Below, piece after piece: positions 56,057 to 64,000 of a stretch of 64,000 nt of DNA. Source of the DNA: Minisyncoccia bacterium. Its GTDB lineage: Bacteria; Patescibacteriota; Minisyncoccia; Phycocordibacterales; UBA918. Position 1 is the stretch's first letter. Every line of letters begins with the position of its first letter. Made by a program: the position numbers and the translations under genes. The stretch is from positions 17,648 through 81,647 of the forward strand of contig JBGSJJ010000005.1 of the NCBI GenBank assembly GCA_041742075.1, written 5' to 3'. A model generated the notes under the pieces. It did not search any database and was not told where the DNA came from. It worked only from the letters and a program-made list of their open reading frames with translations.

Positions 56057-57391
56057 ATGATTAATTGGCTTAAAAACTTTTTTATACCAAACGAAGCTAA
56101 TAGCTTCGCTCCGCATAGTCTCCAAAAAAAAGCCGTCGTAGCCATGACTTTCTTGGTGTTTTTGTCTTTTCTGGGCACCAACTTGCAGTCACTTTTGTGG
56201 ACCAGTTCTAACTGGATGATAGGTACCGTTTTACCAGCAGTTATTGTAGAACTCACGAATGACGAGCGCTCTGACGCATCACTCACACCACTCCGTAGAA
56301 GTAGTGTGCTCGATGAAGCGGCCCGCCTCAAAGCACTTGATATGGCGAAGAATGAGTACTTCTCACACTATAGCCCAACCGGAGTCTCCCCATGGCACTG
56401 GTTCGCGCAAGCTGACTATAGCTTTGTGCATGCTGGAGAAAACCTCGCTATTCACTTTACTGACTCAGGTGAAGTTGTTGACGCGTGGATGAACTCACCG
56501 ACCCACCGAGAAAACATCATGAATGGTAACTATCGTGAGATAGGAGTTGGAACTGCTGAGGGTTCATATCAGGGGTACAAAACAGTGTATGTTGTACAAC
56601 TATTTGGTACGCCGTCAGCTGAACCGGCGGTAGCGGCGGCAACCGCCCCCGCACCAGCTCCAATTGTGCCGGTAGCACCTCCGGTAGTTGAAGAAGTACC
56701 CGCGTCTGATGACGTAGCATCTGAAGCCGTTAGTCTAACTGAAGAGGTGGTGCTTGTACCGGCTGAACCAGTTGAGGTAACGACCACAACGCTGGTACGG
56801 CAGTTTTCGCTTGAAGACATTGTCTCAATAGAGTCTGAATGGATTGATCCAAACCCTGACCTGGCTGATGAAGAGTATACGAGTTACAACGTAACGCTCA
56901 CGGACGGAGAAGTAGTGACCTTTGAACTCTATGGTATGGAAACGCAGGGTAGCCAAGAACAACGTTTCCAAGCAGCGGGCTATGTAGGCAACATCGAAGC
57001 GTTTTTTGCTCTCGCGAGTGGTTCTGAGACTGAAGTTGTAGTCGACACGACATTGGCAGGAGTAGAAACAACTGAAACTGGTATTGTGATGTATTCAGAT
57101 CACCTTTCAACCACCACCGGTGGCGTACCAGCTACAATTGGTTCAGACTTTAATACAGCTGGTGATACGGTGCCGTATGCGTACCAGCTCGCGACCCAAC
57201 CAAACACGGTGTTGCAGATTCTCTATACTATTATTGCGCTCTTTGTGATTGGTGCCCTGACCACCTCAGTACTCGTCGAAATGCGCAAGCAACAACCAGT
57301 TCAGATAGCCTATAGTCTCTCGTTGCTCGTGGTGATGGCCGGACTGTGGTCTCTCCATATCTTTGTCACTGCTGGGGTGTTGATAGCGTAA
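56057..57391 (+). CDS. CAP/SCP/PR-1-like domain protein with an Ala/Pro-rich linker and a C-terminal TM region
   Basis: CAP signatures LDEAARLKALDMAKNEYFSHYSPTG...HFTDSGEVVDAWMNSPTHRENIMNGNYREIGVG...YVVQLFG. PAPAPIVPVAPP linker. C-terminal TM helices. Confidence 0.7.
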   Translation: MINWLKNFFIPNEANSFAPHSLQKKAVVAMTFLVFLSFLGTNLQSLLWTSSNWMIGTVLPAVIVELTNDERSDASLTPLRRSSVLDEAARLKALDMAKNEYFSHYSPTGVSPWHWFAQADYSFVHAGENLAIHFTDSGEVVDAWMNSPTHRENIMNGNYREIGVGTAEGSYQGYKTVYVVQLFGTPSAEPAVAAATAPAPAPIVPVAPPVVEEVPASDDVASEAVSLTEEVVLVPAEPVEVTTTTLVRQFSLEDIVSIESEWIDPNPDLADEEYTSYNVTLTDGEVVTFELYGMETQGSQEQRFQAAGYVGNIEAFFALASGSETEVVVDTTLAGVETTETGIVMYSDHLSTTTGGVPATIGSDFNTAGDTVPYAYQLATQPNTVLQILYTIIALFVIGALTTSVLVEMRKQQPVQIAYSLSLLVVMAGLWSLHIFVTAGVLIA

Positions 57392-57407
57392 CACTTCACT
57401 CTACACA

Positions 57408-57435
57408 CAAAACGAGCGCTTCGGCGCTCGTTTTG
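57408..57435 (+). terminator. Intrinsic terminator after the CAP-domain gene
   Basis: AAAACGAGCGCttcgGCGCTCGTTTT. Confidence 0.65.
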
Positions 57436-57464
57436 CGTGTAGGTACTCATGCGGGGTATACTAC

Positions 57465-57923
57465 TTGCTAATGAAACAAACCCAGTCAGACTTAAAAGTG
57501 GTGGAGGTTCACCAGGCAGACGTTTCGACGACTGAACGGCAAAGAGTTGCGCTATTTTCGTCGCGTCCGCAAGCTGGCTTTCCATCACCGGGGGATGATC
57601 AAGTGGAGCGTGTGCTTGATATCAATGACTTAGTGGTAAAACACCCCGCCAGCACGTTCTTTGTCCGGGTGTCGGGTGATTCTATGGAGGGAGCAGGTAT
57701 ATTTCATAACGACGTACTGGTGGTTGATCGTGCTATAGAGCACAGTGATGGAAAAATAGTGGTGGCAGCCGTGAATGGAGAGCTGGTGGTCAAACGGCTT
57801 TCGAGCCAGCGTGGTATTCTGATGCTTCTGTCTGAAAACCCTTCATATGCTCCGATTAAGGTAAGTGAAGAAGAGGAATGTTTTGTGTGGGGTGTAGTAG
57901 TTGGGAGTGTCCGACAGTTTTAG
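57465..57923 (+). CDS. umuD: UmuD-like S24 LexA-family autopeptidase (translesion synthesis accessory subunit)
   Basis: GFPSPGDD..., the catalytic Ser region VSGDSMEGAGI, and Lys in GELVVKRL. 152 aa with no N-terminal HTH, so UmuD rather than LexA. Confidence 0.75.
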   Translation: MLMKQTQSDLKVVEVHQADVSTTERQRVALFSSRPQAGFPSPGDDQVERVLDINDLVVKHPASTFFVRVSGDSMEGAGIFHNDVLVVDRAIEHSDGKIVVAAVNGELVVKRLSSQRGILMLLSENPSYAPIKVSEEEECFVWGVVVGSVRQF

Positions 57924-58079
57924 TGGTAACTGACTTAGAATCAAATCTTTTTATAGTTGGTGTACACTCACCTGAATCTGTTGTTTAGTTACTACACCAT
58001 TCTATACAGAGCACTATATCTCGAAAAAATACTCCATGGTAAAGTGTAAGAAGTTATAAGTAACAACGTCTAAGGAAAC

Positions 58080-59417
58080 ATGAGTACGCAAACTAAGGCG
58101 CTGGCACGTTCGCGTGTTGCCACTGAGGGATTATTCGTTTTACTACTAATGAGTGTGTTATTTGCTTTGTTGCCACTTTCCGCTTCTGCTATTTCTATCA
58201 AAGACTATAACAAACAAAAAGAAAGTGCTTCAGAAACGGTAGACAAGAGTGATGAAGATGAGCAGGACGATGAAGAGGATAGCACCTCGTCAAGTCGCTC
58301 AAGTAGCGAACTTGAGGTAGCTGGCTGGCTTCCGTGGTGGACTGACACAGAAGGATTAAAGAGTGCTACCCGCCAGATAAAGACCCTTGATACCGTGTAT
58401 CCGTTTGTGTTTGAAGTGGAAGGGATGAACGCTGAGATAGCTGATAAAGCTAATCTCGATGAGCGACACTGGAAAAACTTCTTTAAGCTTGCTAAGAAAG
58501 AGGATGTAGAGATAATCCCTTCAATTGCCTGGTTTGATGGCGTGCAAATTGATTACATTTTGAGTGATAAGAAACGACGCACGGCCCATATTAAGGAAAT
58601 TGTAGAAATTGTTGAGGATGGCGACTTTGATGGTATCAACATCGACTACGAGCAGAAGCAACCAAAGACAATCAATCATTTCTCTACCTTTTTGAAGGAA
58701 TTACGGGCTGAACTAGACGGAAAGCTCCTTACCTGCGCGATTGAGGCCAGGACACCAGCCAAGGACCTCTATAAAGTGGTACCGAAGCCTCTTACCTACG
58801 CCAACGACTACAAAGCGATAGCGAAGTACTGTGACCGGATTGAGCTCATGACCTACGACCAGCAACGAGCTGACCTTACTCTAAATGCTAAGCGAACCGG
58901 CCTCCCGTATGCACCCAATGCTGACAAGGAGTGGGTAGAAAAAGTGGTCAAATTGGCCCTTGAAGATTTCCCTGAAGATAAGGTACTGCTTGGGGTACCA
59001 ACCTATGGTCGCGCTTGGGACGTTACGGTAGCTCCAGACTGGTTTAGAGACTATAAGTCGATAGCAGCGCTCAATCATCCGCGCATTCTTGAGCTTTCTA
59101 AGAGTGTGTACAAGGTACCAATTGGACGCAGTGTAGGTGGTGAGGCTGTCCTGAGCTATTTCCCTGAAGATTCAGCATTTAAGATACTCAATGCCCTCCC
59201 AACTCCAGCGGGTACTCCAAAAGGATATGAAGCAGCCGCTAAGGCACTTCTCTTCAGTAACATGACCAAGATGGAGGTTTCAGTTCGCTTTATCACTCAC
59301 GGAGATGCAATTGCCGCGGAAGATAAACTTAAAATGGCTGAAAAGTATGACCTCCGTGGTGTCGCTTTCTTCAAGATTGACGGTGAGGAGGATCAAGACA
59401 TTTGGGATTTGTTCTAA
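58080..59417 (+). CDS. Secreted GH18-like (chitinase-fold) protein with an acidic Ser/Asp/Glu-rich N-terminal linker
   Basis: Signal/TM segment, [15 protein letters not shown] linker, and the GH18 catalytic motif [10 protein letters not shown] (DxxDxDxE). Confidence 0.55.
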   Translation: MSTQTKALARSRVATEGLFVLLLMSVLFALLPLSASAISIKDYNKQKESASETVDKSDEDEQDDEEDSTSSSRSSSELEVAGWLPWWTDTEGLKSATRQIKTLDTVYPFVFEVEGMNAEIADKANLDERHWKNFFKLAKKEDVEIIPSIAWFDGVQIDYILSDKKRRTAHIKEIVEIVEDGDFDGINIDYEQKQPKTINHFSTFLKELRAELDGKLLTCAIEARTPAKDLYKVVPKPLTYANDYKAIAKYCDRIELMTYDQQRADLTLNAKRTGLPYAPNADKEWVEKVVKLALEDFPEDKVLLGVPTYGRAWDVTVAPDWFRDYKSIAALNHPRILELSKSVYKVPIGRSVGGEAVLSYFPEDSAFKILNALPTPAGTPKGYEAAAKALLFSNMTKMEVSVRFITHGDAIAAEDKLKMAEKYDLRGVAFFKIDGEEDQDIWDLF

Positions 59418-59443
59418 CCTAAACTCCCACTTTAACTAAACAG

Positions 59444-59468
59444 AGGCCGTCCCTTAGGGGACGGCCTC
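59444..59468. terminator. Bidirectional hairpin between convergent genes
   Basis: GAGGCCGTCCCttagGGGACGGCCTC, perfect 11-bp stem. Confidence 0.5.
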
Positions 59469-60017
59469 GAGTCGTTTCAGTCCGACTAGTGTGTTTGTGT
59501 CCATGTCCCACTCAATGTCGCTCGTTTCATGCACCTCCTTTAGAGAAATTACTCCAGCACTTGCTTCCAAATGATACATGAGGAGTATTTTGGTAAAACT
59601 TAGATATACAGCAGTGTCTACAACTAAGCGTAGCTTTCTCACAGGGTATCTACCGAGCGCAGTTAAAAATATGTACTTCCATATTTCGTCTCGATACGTA
59701 CCACTAAACACATACATGAGCATAGCAAGTGGTACCAGTGGTGCCGGTACTGAACATCTGAAACTCAGGCTTGGTTCGAGCATCTTTGGGGTTTTTTTGA
59801 CGTTGTACCAACGACCACCCTCTATGAGAGTCAGAAAAAGGTTCTCTCTGCTATATAAATCTTCAAGTTCTAGTAACTTTATTGGGTTAAGCAATTTGGT
59901 TTTGAAAACGCTATCATCAAACCCAGCTTTCGTGACAAGTTCTTGGAACGTCGGAGGATTGCTTTCAAACATCACAGGGCTCCCTTTGGTACTGTTTTCA
60001 CAGCTAGTAAACTTCAT
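59454..60017 (-). CDS. Hypothetical protein (unknown family) divergent from the Y-family polymerase gene
   Basis: 187-aa ORF with no recognised motifs. Overlaps the alternative extended start of the polymerase ORF. Confidence 0.35.
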   Translation of the reverse strand: MKFTSCENSTKGSPVMFESNPPTFQELVTKAGFDDSVFKTKLLNPIKLLELEDLYSRENLFLTLIEGGRWYNVKKTPKMLEPSLSFRCSVPAPLVPLAMLMYVFSGTYRDEIWKYIFLTALGRYPVRKLRLVVDTAVYLSFTKILLMYHLEASAGVISLKEVHETSDIEWDMDTNTLVGLKRLEAVP

Positions 60018-60044
60018 GTCATACTACTTGTCAATGCAACCTGT

Positions 60045-61286
60045 ATGATTGGAATCCTCGACTGCAATAACTTTTTTGTGTCGTGCGAACGGCTTTTTCG
60101 GCCTGATTTACGGACGAAGCCAGTCGCGGTACTGTCTTCAAACGATGGTTGTGTCGTGGCGCGCAGTCAAGAAATCAAAGATTTGGGTATCCCGATGGGG
60201 GTGCCGTATTTTCAAATCAAGGATATTGCGAGTAAAGCTGGGGCAGTATTCTTTTCTTCTAACTTCACCTTATACCGTGATGTTTCAGCGAGGGTGATGC
60301 AGGCACTCAAGGATGAGGTGGGCGCAATCGAAAAATACTCGATTGATGAGTCATTCTTTACGATGTCAGACTCAATTACTGAGGCGGAGCTACTTGGTAT
60401 CAGAAATCGGATTATACACGTAACAGGTATTCCGGTCTCCATTGGTGTGGCGAGCACGAAAACTATTGCGAAGCAGGCCAGTAAACGAGCTAAGAAGGGA
60501 ACTGGGGTGTGTATTTTGAACAACCAGGACTGGGGTGTCGTGCAAAATACTGTTTTATGTGGCGAGGTGTGGGGGATTGGTCGCCAAACCACGACTAAGT
60601 TGCGTAGCTTAGAGATAAAAACTGTCGCTGAGCTACTTCAGGTACCCCGAAGCGAGATACGGAAGCTGTTTGGCGTGGTCGGGGAACGGATTGTCGCTGA
60701 ACTCAGTGGGGTATCGGTGCTACCGGTAGAAGCTGGTGTGCAAGAAGCGAGGCAAAGTATCACGAGCTCTCGTTCGTTTGCCAAAGTAATCCAAAACCAA
60801 TCAGAGCTTGCGAGTGCTATCTCTTTTCACGTGGCTGAATGTGCCCATAAGCTTCGGCAAGAAGACCTCGTGGCTCTTAAAATGATTGTGTATCTCCGAG
60901 CCAGTCGGTTCAGCGATTTTGGCCACCGGGGAGGCGTCAAAGAGATAGTTCTGCCTGTCCCGACGAATAAAACAAGTACCCTTACCAAGCAGGCTCTTAA
61001 CGCCGTTGAGGAGTTATATGATTCAGAAATTCCGTACAAAAAAGCCGGAGTAGTACTAAATAGTGTCATGCTCAAACGATTTGTACCGACTAGTTTATTT
61101 GGTGAAGAGTCAGCTGAGGCAGATAGCGTACTTGATGAACTCACTGATAGTCTCAACAGTAAGTTTGGAGCAGAGAGTCTGAGGCTCGCTTCGGTTCGAA
61201 CCAAAAATGGTTACGTGAGCGCTAAGCTACGTTCTCAAGCCTATACGACACGGTGGAGCGATATCCCCAGGGTACAGGCAAAATAA
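60045..61286 (+). CDS. umuC: Y-family DNA polymerase (UmuC/DinB-like translesion polymerase)
   Basis: MIGILDCNNFFVSCERL (DxD.FFAS.E), S-x-DE at SIDESFF, HhH region, 414 aa from the Met at 60045. The ORF track extends the start to 59943, which is unlikely. UmuC vs DinB is not resolvable from sequence alone. Confidence 0.8.
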   Translation: MIGILDCNNFFVSCERLFRPDLRTKPVAVLSSNDGCVVARSQEIKDLGIPMGVPYFQIKDIASKAGAVFFSSNFTLYRDVSARVMQALKDEVGAIEKYSIDESFFTMSDSITEAELLGIRNRIIHVTGIPVSIGVASTKTIAKQASKRAKKGTGVCILNNQDWGVVQNTVLCGEVWGIGRQTTTKLRSLEIKTVAELLQVPRSEIRKLFGVVGERIVAELSGVSVLPVEAGVQEARQSITSSRSFAKVIQNQSELASAISFHVAECAHKLRQEDLVALKMIVYLRASRFSDFGHRGGVKEIVLPVPTNKTSTLTKQALNAVEELYDSEIPYKKAGVVLNSVMLKRFVPTSLFGEESAEADSVLDELTDSLNSKFGAESLRLASVRTKNGYVSAKLRSQAYTTRWSDIPRVQAK

Positions 61287-61627
61287 GTGTCTATGAGTCA
61301 AAAAGACACAGAATTACGTGTCTGATATGTACCTTTAAAGACAGTAATTAGCGGTGACCATACATAAGCCTTCAAATGGTTTACTAATTGAACCGGAATT
61401 TGTGATAAGAAAAAGACACTTATCAACACAATACATAAGACAAAAACACAATGTCTTTATATACTATATGTAGATCGGGATAGACAGTATAGAAACGTTT
61501 TGATGTAAGGCTCAAGTTTTATATCACCAAAATATTTCTTCTCCACGCTGTCTATAAGCCGAGCAGATGACGCGCGTATTGTTTTCGCGAGACATCAAGT
61601 TATTTACAAATTAAATACAAAAAGAAC

Positions 61628-62701
61628 ATGTTCGTATTATCTAATCGAGCTAGCTCTGCAAGTCAAGTGATCGCGACACTTCTTGCAATTGCACTAGTGA
61701 TGTGGGCCATCGGCTTCAATCACTTTGCACAAGCAGCTAACCTCACCTTTGTCAGTAACACTCTTACTGACTCAGATCCAAGTGCATTTTCGGGTCACTT
61801 TATTGAATTTACAATTCCCGCAGCCTCATCGCTCGGAGCAGGAGATGACATTGTCATTACCTTTCCAACGGGATTCGCTAGTGTGACTGACCTAGTGAGC
61901 GGGGACCTAGTAGTACGTGTTGACGGAGGAGCTGCCGAAACTATTGGCAACTTTGACTCAACTGGTCAGGTAGTAACTTTTGACGGAGTTGTTGCAGTGG
62001 CAGGAGAAACAATCAGTGTTGAAGTTGCTGAAGGTATTGTCATCAACCCTGCTGTGATTGCTTCATATGAGTTCATAATCACTACTCCGGTTGACCGAGG
62101 AGAAACACAAGTTGCTATTGTTGACAACGTTCTTGTAACAGCCAACGTAGCGACACAGTTTACCTTCACTATCGGTGGAATGGCTACTGGTACTTCAGTT
62201 AACAGTGAAGCGTCAACCATTACTGGTTCTACCACAACTATTCCTTTCGGAACTCTCGTTGCTGGAGTACCACAAGCAATTGCTCAACGTCTAACGGTAA
62301 CTACCAATGCCGACCGAGGCTTCGTAGTAACTGTTGAACAAGATCAAAACTTACTCTCTTCTAACGGATCTGACATTGACGCTTTTGAGATGGGTTCATA
62401 TGAGAATACCCCGTCACCATGGTCTGCTCCAATTCCAAGCATTAGTGATGAAAATACTTGGGGGCACTGGGGTCTTACTACAAACGATGCCAACCTAACG
62501 GGAGGAGCGTTTGCAGCTAACGACTTCGTAGCTGCCAGTACAACACCACGTCTTATCTTTGACCACGATGGTCCATCTGATGGACTTACGCAAAATGCCG
62601 GTCTCGTTGATGTGCTGTATAAGATTCAGATCACTGCCCTCCAGGAAGCGGCTGATGACTACAACACAACACTTACCTACATCGCTACTCCTACGTTTTA
62701 A
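61628..62701 (+). CDS. Secreted beta-rich surface protein (possible WxL-like or fibre protein)
   Basis: N-terminal TM/signal segment. Thr/Val/Gly-rich beta-strand repeats. C-terminal WGHWGL...LTYIATPTF. No catalytic motifs. Confidence 0.35.
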   Translation: MFVLSNRASSASQVIATLLAIALVMWAIGFNHFAQAANLTFVSNTLTDSDPSAFSGHFIEFTIPAASSLGAGDDIVITFPTGFASVTDLVSGDLVVRVDGGAAETIGNFDSTGQVVTFDGVVAVAGETISVEVAEGIVINPAVIASYEFIITTPVDRGETQVAIVDNVLVTANVATQFTFTIGGMATGTSVNSEASTITGSTTTIPFGTLVAGVPQAIAQRLTVTTNADRGFVVTVEQDQNLLSSNGSDIDAFEMGSYENTPSPWSAPIPSISDENTWGHWGLTTNDANLTGGAFAANDFVAASTTPRLIFDHDGPSDGLTQNAGLVDVLYKIQITALQEAADDYNTTLTYIATPTF

Positions 62702-62716
62702 CCAAAACGTTTAAGT

Positions 62717-62750
62717 ACAACAAAAGCCCCACAAGGGGCTTTTGTTGTAT
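62717..62750 (+). terminator. Intrinsic terminator
   Basis: ACAACAAAAGCCCCacaaGGGGCTTTTGTTGT. Confidence 0.65.
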
Positions 62751-62816
62751 TTATGTACATCTACATACGCAATTAGTACCTGCTTAGTGCTAGAATGAAT
62801 AAATTATTCTAACCTA

Positions 62817-63896
62817 ATGTATATGTCGAAAGTTTCAACTCGCCTTGGTTTTATTGCTGTAGTTTCTACCTTACTTTTCTTCGCTCTGACCACGTTTTCG
62901 TTTGCGCAAGGTGAAACCGGAATCTCTATAAAACCGGCTTTGGTTGAAGAGACGGCTGACCCTGGTGAGCAGTTGATTTTTGATATCTCAGTTACTAACC
63001 TTAGTGAGTTTGAACAGACCTACTACTTATCTGTTCGTGACATAGTGGGAGCCGGCGACAACGGAGCACCTATCTTTGCTGATGAGTCTCTTGAGCTTAC
63101 CGGTTTTGAGATATCACAGTGGGTTACTCTAGGAGCTGAAGAAATTTTGGTTGCTCCAGGAGCTGACAAGATTGTGACCGTAACGATTAATGTCCCGACT
63201 GACGCTACACCGGGTAGTCACTTTGGTGGTGTGTTTACTTCTTTGGTTCCACCTAAAATGCGAGAGTCAGGAGCAGCGGTTGGGTACGACGTAGGTAACA
63301 TTATTAGTATCCGGATTGCAGGCGACGTGCTCGAACAGGGAACGATTCGTTCGTTTTCTACTGGAAACTACATATATGGCAATTTAAATGTTGATTTTAA
63401 TGCCCGCGTCGAAAACAGCGGAAACACGCTTATTCGTCCGTTTGGACCGCTTGAGGTTTATAACATGTTTGGTCAGAGAGTTGATACGCTCACGTTTAAT
63501 GAGTCACAAGCTGGTGTGTTCCCAAAACAGACGCGAGAATTTACGATAAATTGGACGGGAGAAGGACAAGGTTTTGGTCGGTATAAGGCCAACCTTAGTC
63601 TTATCTATGGTCCCCAAGGACAACAACAGACGATGTCCAACACGGTTACGTTCTGGGTGTTACCGATAAATATTATTTTGCCAGCGGGAGGCGTACTGGC
63701 TGTGCTACTTTTGATCGTATACATAAGTGTAAAAATGTATGTGCGGAGTCAACTACGGATGGTAGCTGGTGCCTCGCGAAGAATTGCTTCAGCTCGTAGG
63801 CAGGGTCCTGGTGCGTCAGCTTTTCTTTTGGTTTTTATTTCTATGCTCACGGTGACCGCGCTCTTCTTGATCCTTCTTCTGGTGCTGTTTGCCTAG
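62817..63896 (+). CDS. Cell-surface protein resembling the DUF916/DUF3324 type (WxL-locus partner class) with a C-terminal membrane anchor
   Basis: Signal peptide. ISIKPALVEETADPGEQLIFDISVTNLSEFEQTYYLSVRD...PGSHFGGVF is DUF916-like. ..ILPAGGVLAVLLLIVYISVKMYVRSQLR is an LPxGG-like motif plus TM plus basic tail. Confidence 0.4.
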   Translation: MYMSKVSTRLGFIAVVSTLLFFALTTFSFAQGETGISIKPALVEETADPGEQLIFDISVTNLSEFEQTYYLSVRDIVGAGDNGAPIFADESLELTGFEISQWVTLGAEEILVAPGADKIVTVTINVPTDATPGSHFGGVFTSLVPPKMRESGAAVGYDVGNIISIRIAGDVLEQGTIRSFSTGNYIYGNLNVDFNARVENSGNTLIRPFGPLEVYNMFGQRVDTLTFNESQAGVFPKQTREFTINWTGEGQGFGRYKANLSLIYGPQGQQQTMSNTVTFWVLPINIILPAGGVLAVLLLIVYISVKMYVRSQLRMVAGASRRIASARRQGPGASAFLLVFISMLTVTALFLILLLVLFA

Positions 63897-64000
63897 GTAC
63901 ACTGCAGATTGGTCTTGTAGCATCGACTTGGTATACTACATATATATGAAAGATTCACTCTATCACACCATATTACGGGTGAGTGCACTGACACTAACTC

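Noticed and set aside
59578-60048. Plus-strand 156-aa ORF antisense to 59454-60017.
   Set aside because: One of the two overlapping frames must be spurious. The plus frame is Ser/Leu-rich with no motifs and no RBS context. The minus frame was kept at low confidence because it ends at the bidirectional hairpin.

Overview
The window is 64 kb of dense, mostly plus-strand-coded bacterial chromosome at roughly 45% GC. Genes are small and compact with many 4-8 bp overlaps, and secreted or membrane hypothetical proteins are numerous. Together with RNase J, TypA, a class-E/F-like sortase and SipW, this suggests a small-genome Gram-positive-like organism, possibly CPR/Patescibacteria-like; that placement is inference only.

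Recognisable housekeeping and accessory content:
- Two MgtE Mg2+ transporters.
- A Zur(Fur-family)-ZIP zinc module next to a His-tailed YibE/F membrane protein.
- A DsbA-like oxidoreductase.
- Two adjacent ATP-grasp ligases.
- A GH1 / GH5 glycosidase cluster.
- A HAD phosphatase, PspC, a class II photolyase overlapping a MutY-like glycosylase, and an MFS transporter.
- RNase J carrying an RGG-rich N-terminal extension.
- An OppA-like substrate-binding protein, SecG, GroES/GroEL.
- A LemA / MazG-like / DUF2207 / HtpX membrane-stress block.
- A NUDIX hydrolase, tRNA-Ser(GGA), a small GIY-YIG nuclease, TypA/BipA, and an RluB/RsuA-type pseudouridine synthase.

The most unusual part is a cell-surface locus of about 14 kb (42.2-56 kb). 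It contains:
- A 1515-aa multidomain adhesin.
- Two TasA/camelysin-like proteins with SipW-cognate signal peptides.
- A SipW-type signal peptidase.
- A TapA-like acidic protein and a membrane-anchored third camelysin-like protein.
- A DUF642-like-domain surface protein.
- A second MgtE, a sortase and a CAP-domain protein.
Two of these proteins share a near-identical non-LPXTG C-terminal sorting signal.

Other oddities:
- A duplicated element of about 90 nt, 3' of groEL, that is either a candidate sRNA or a tandem micro-ORF.
- Two paralogous standalone OmpR-type winged-helix proteins with a second C-terminal HTH.
- A tRNA-Ser with a duplicated 5' fragment and hairpin.
- A GC-rich structured leader ending in a terminator just upstream of the HAD gene.
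- umuD and umuC split by unrelated genes.

No rRNA, CRISPR array or clear transposase was seen.
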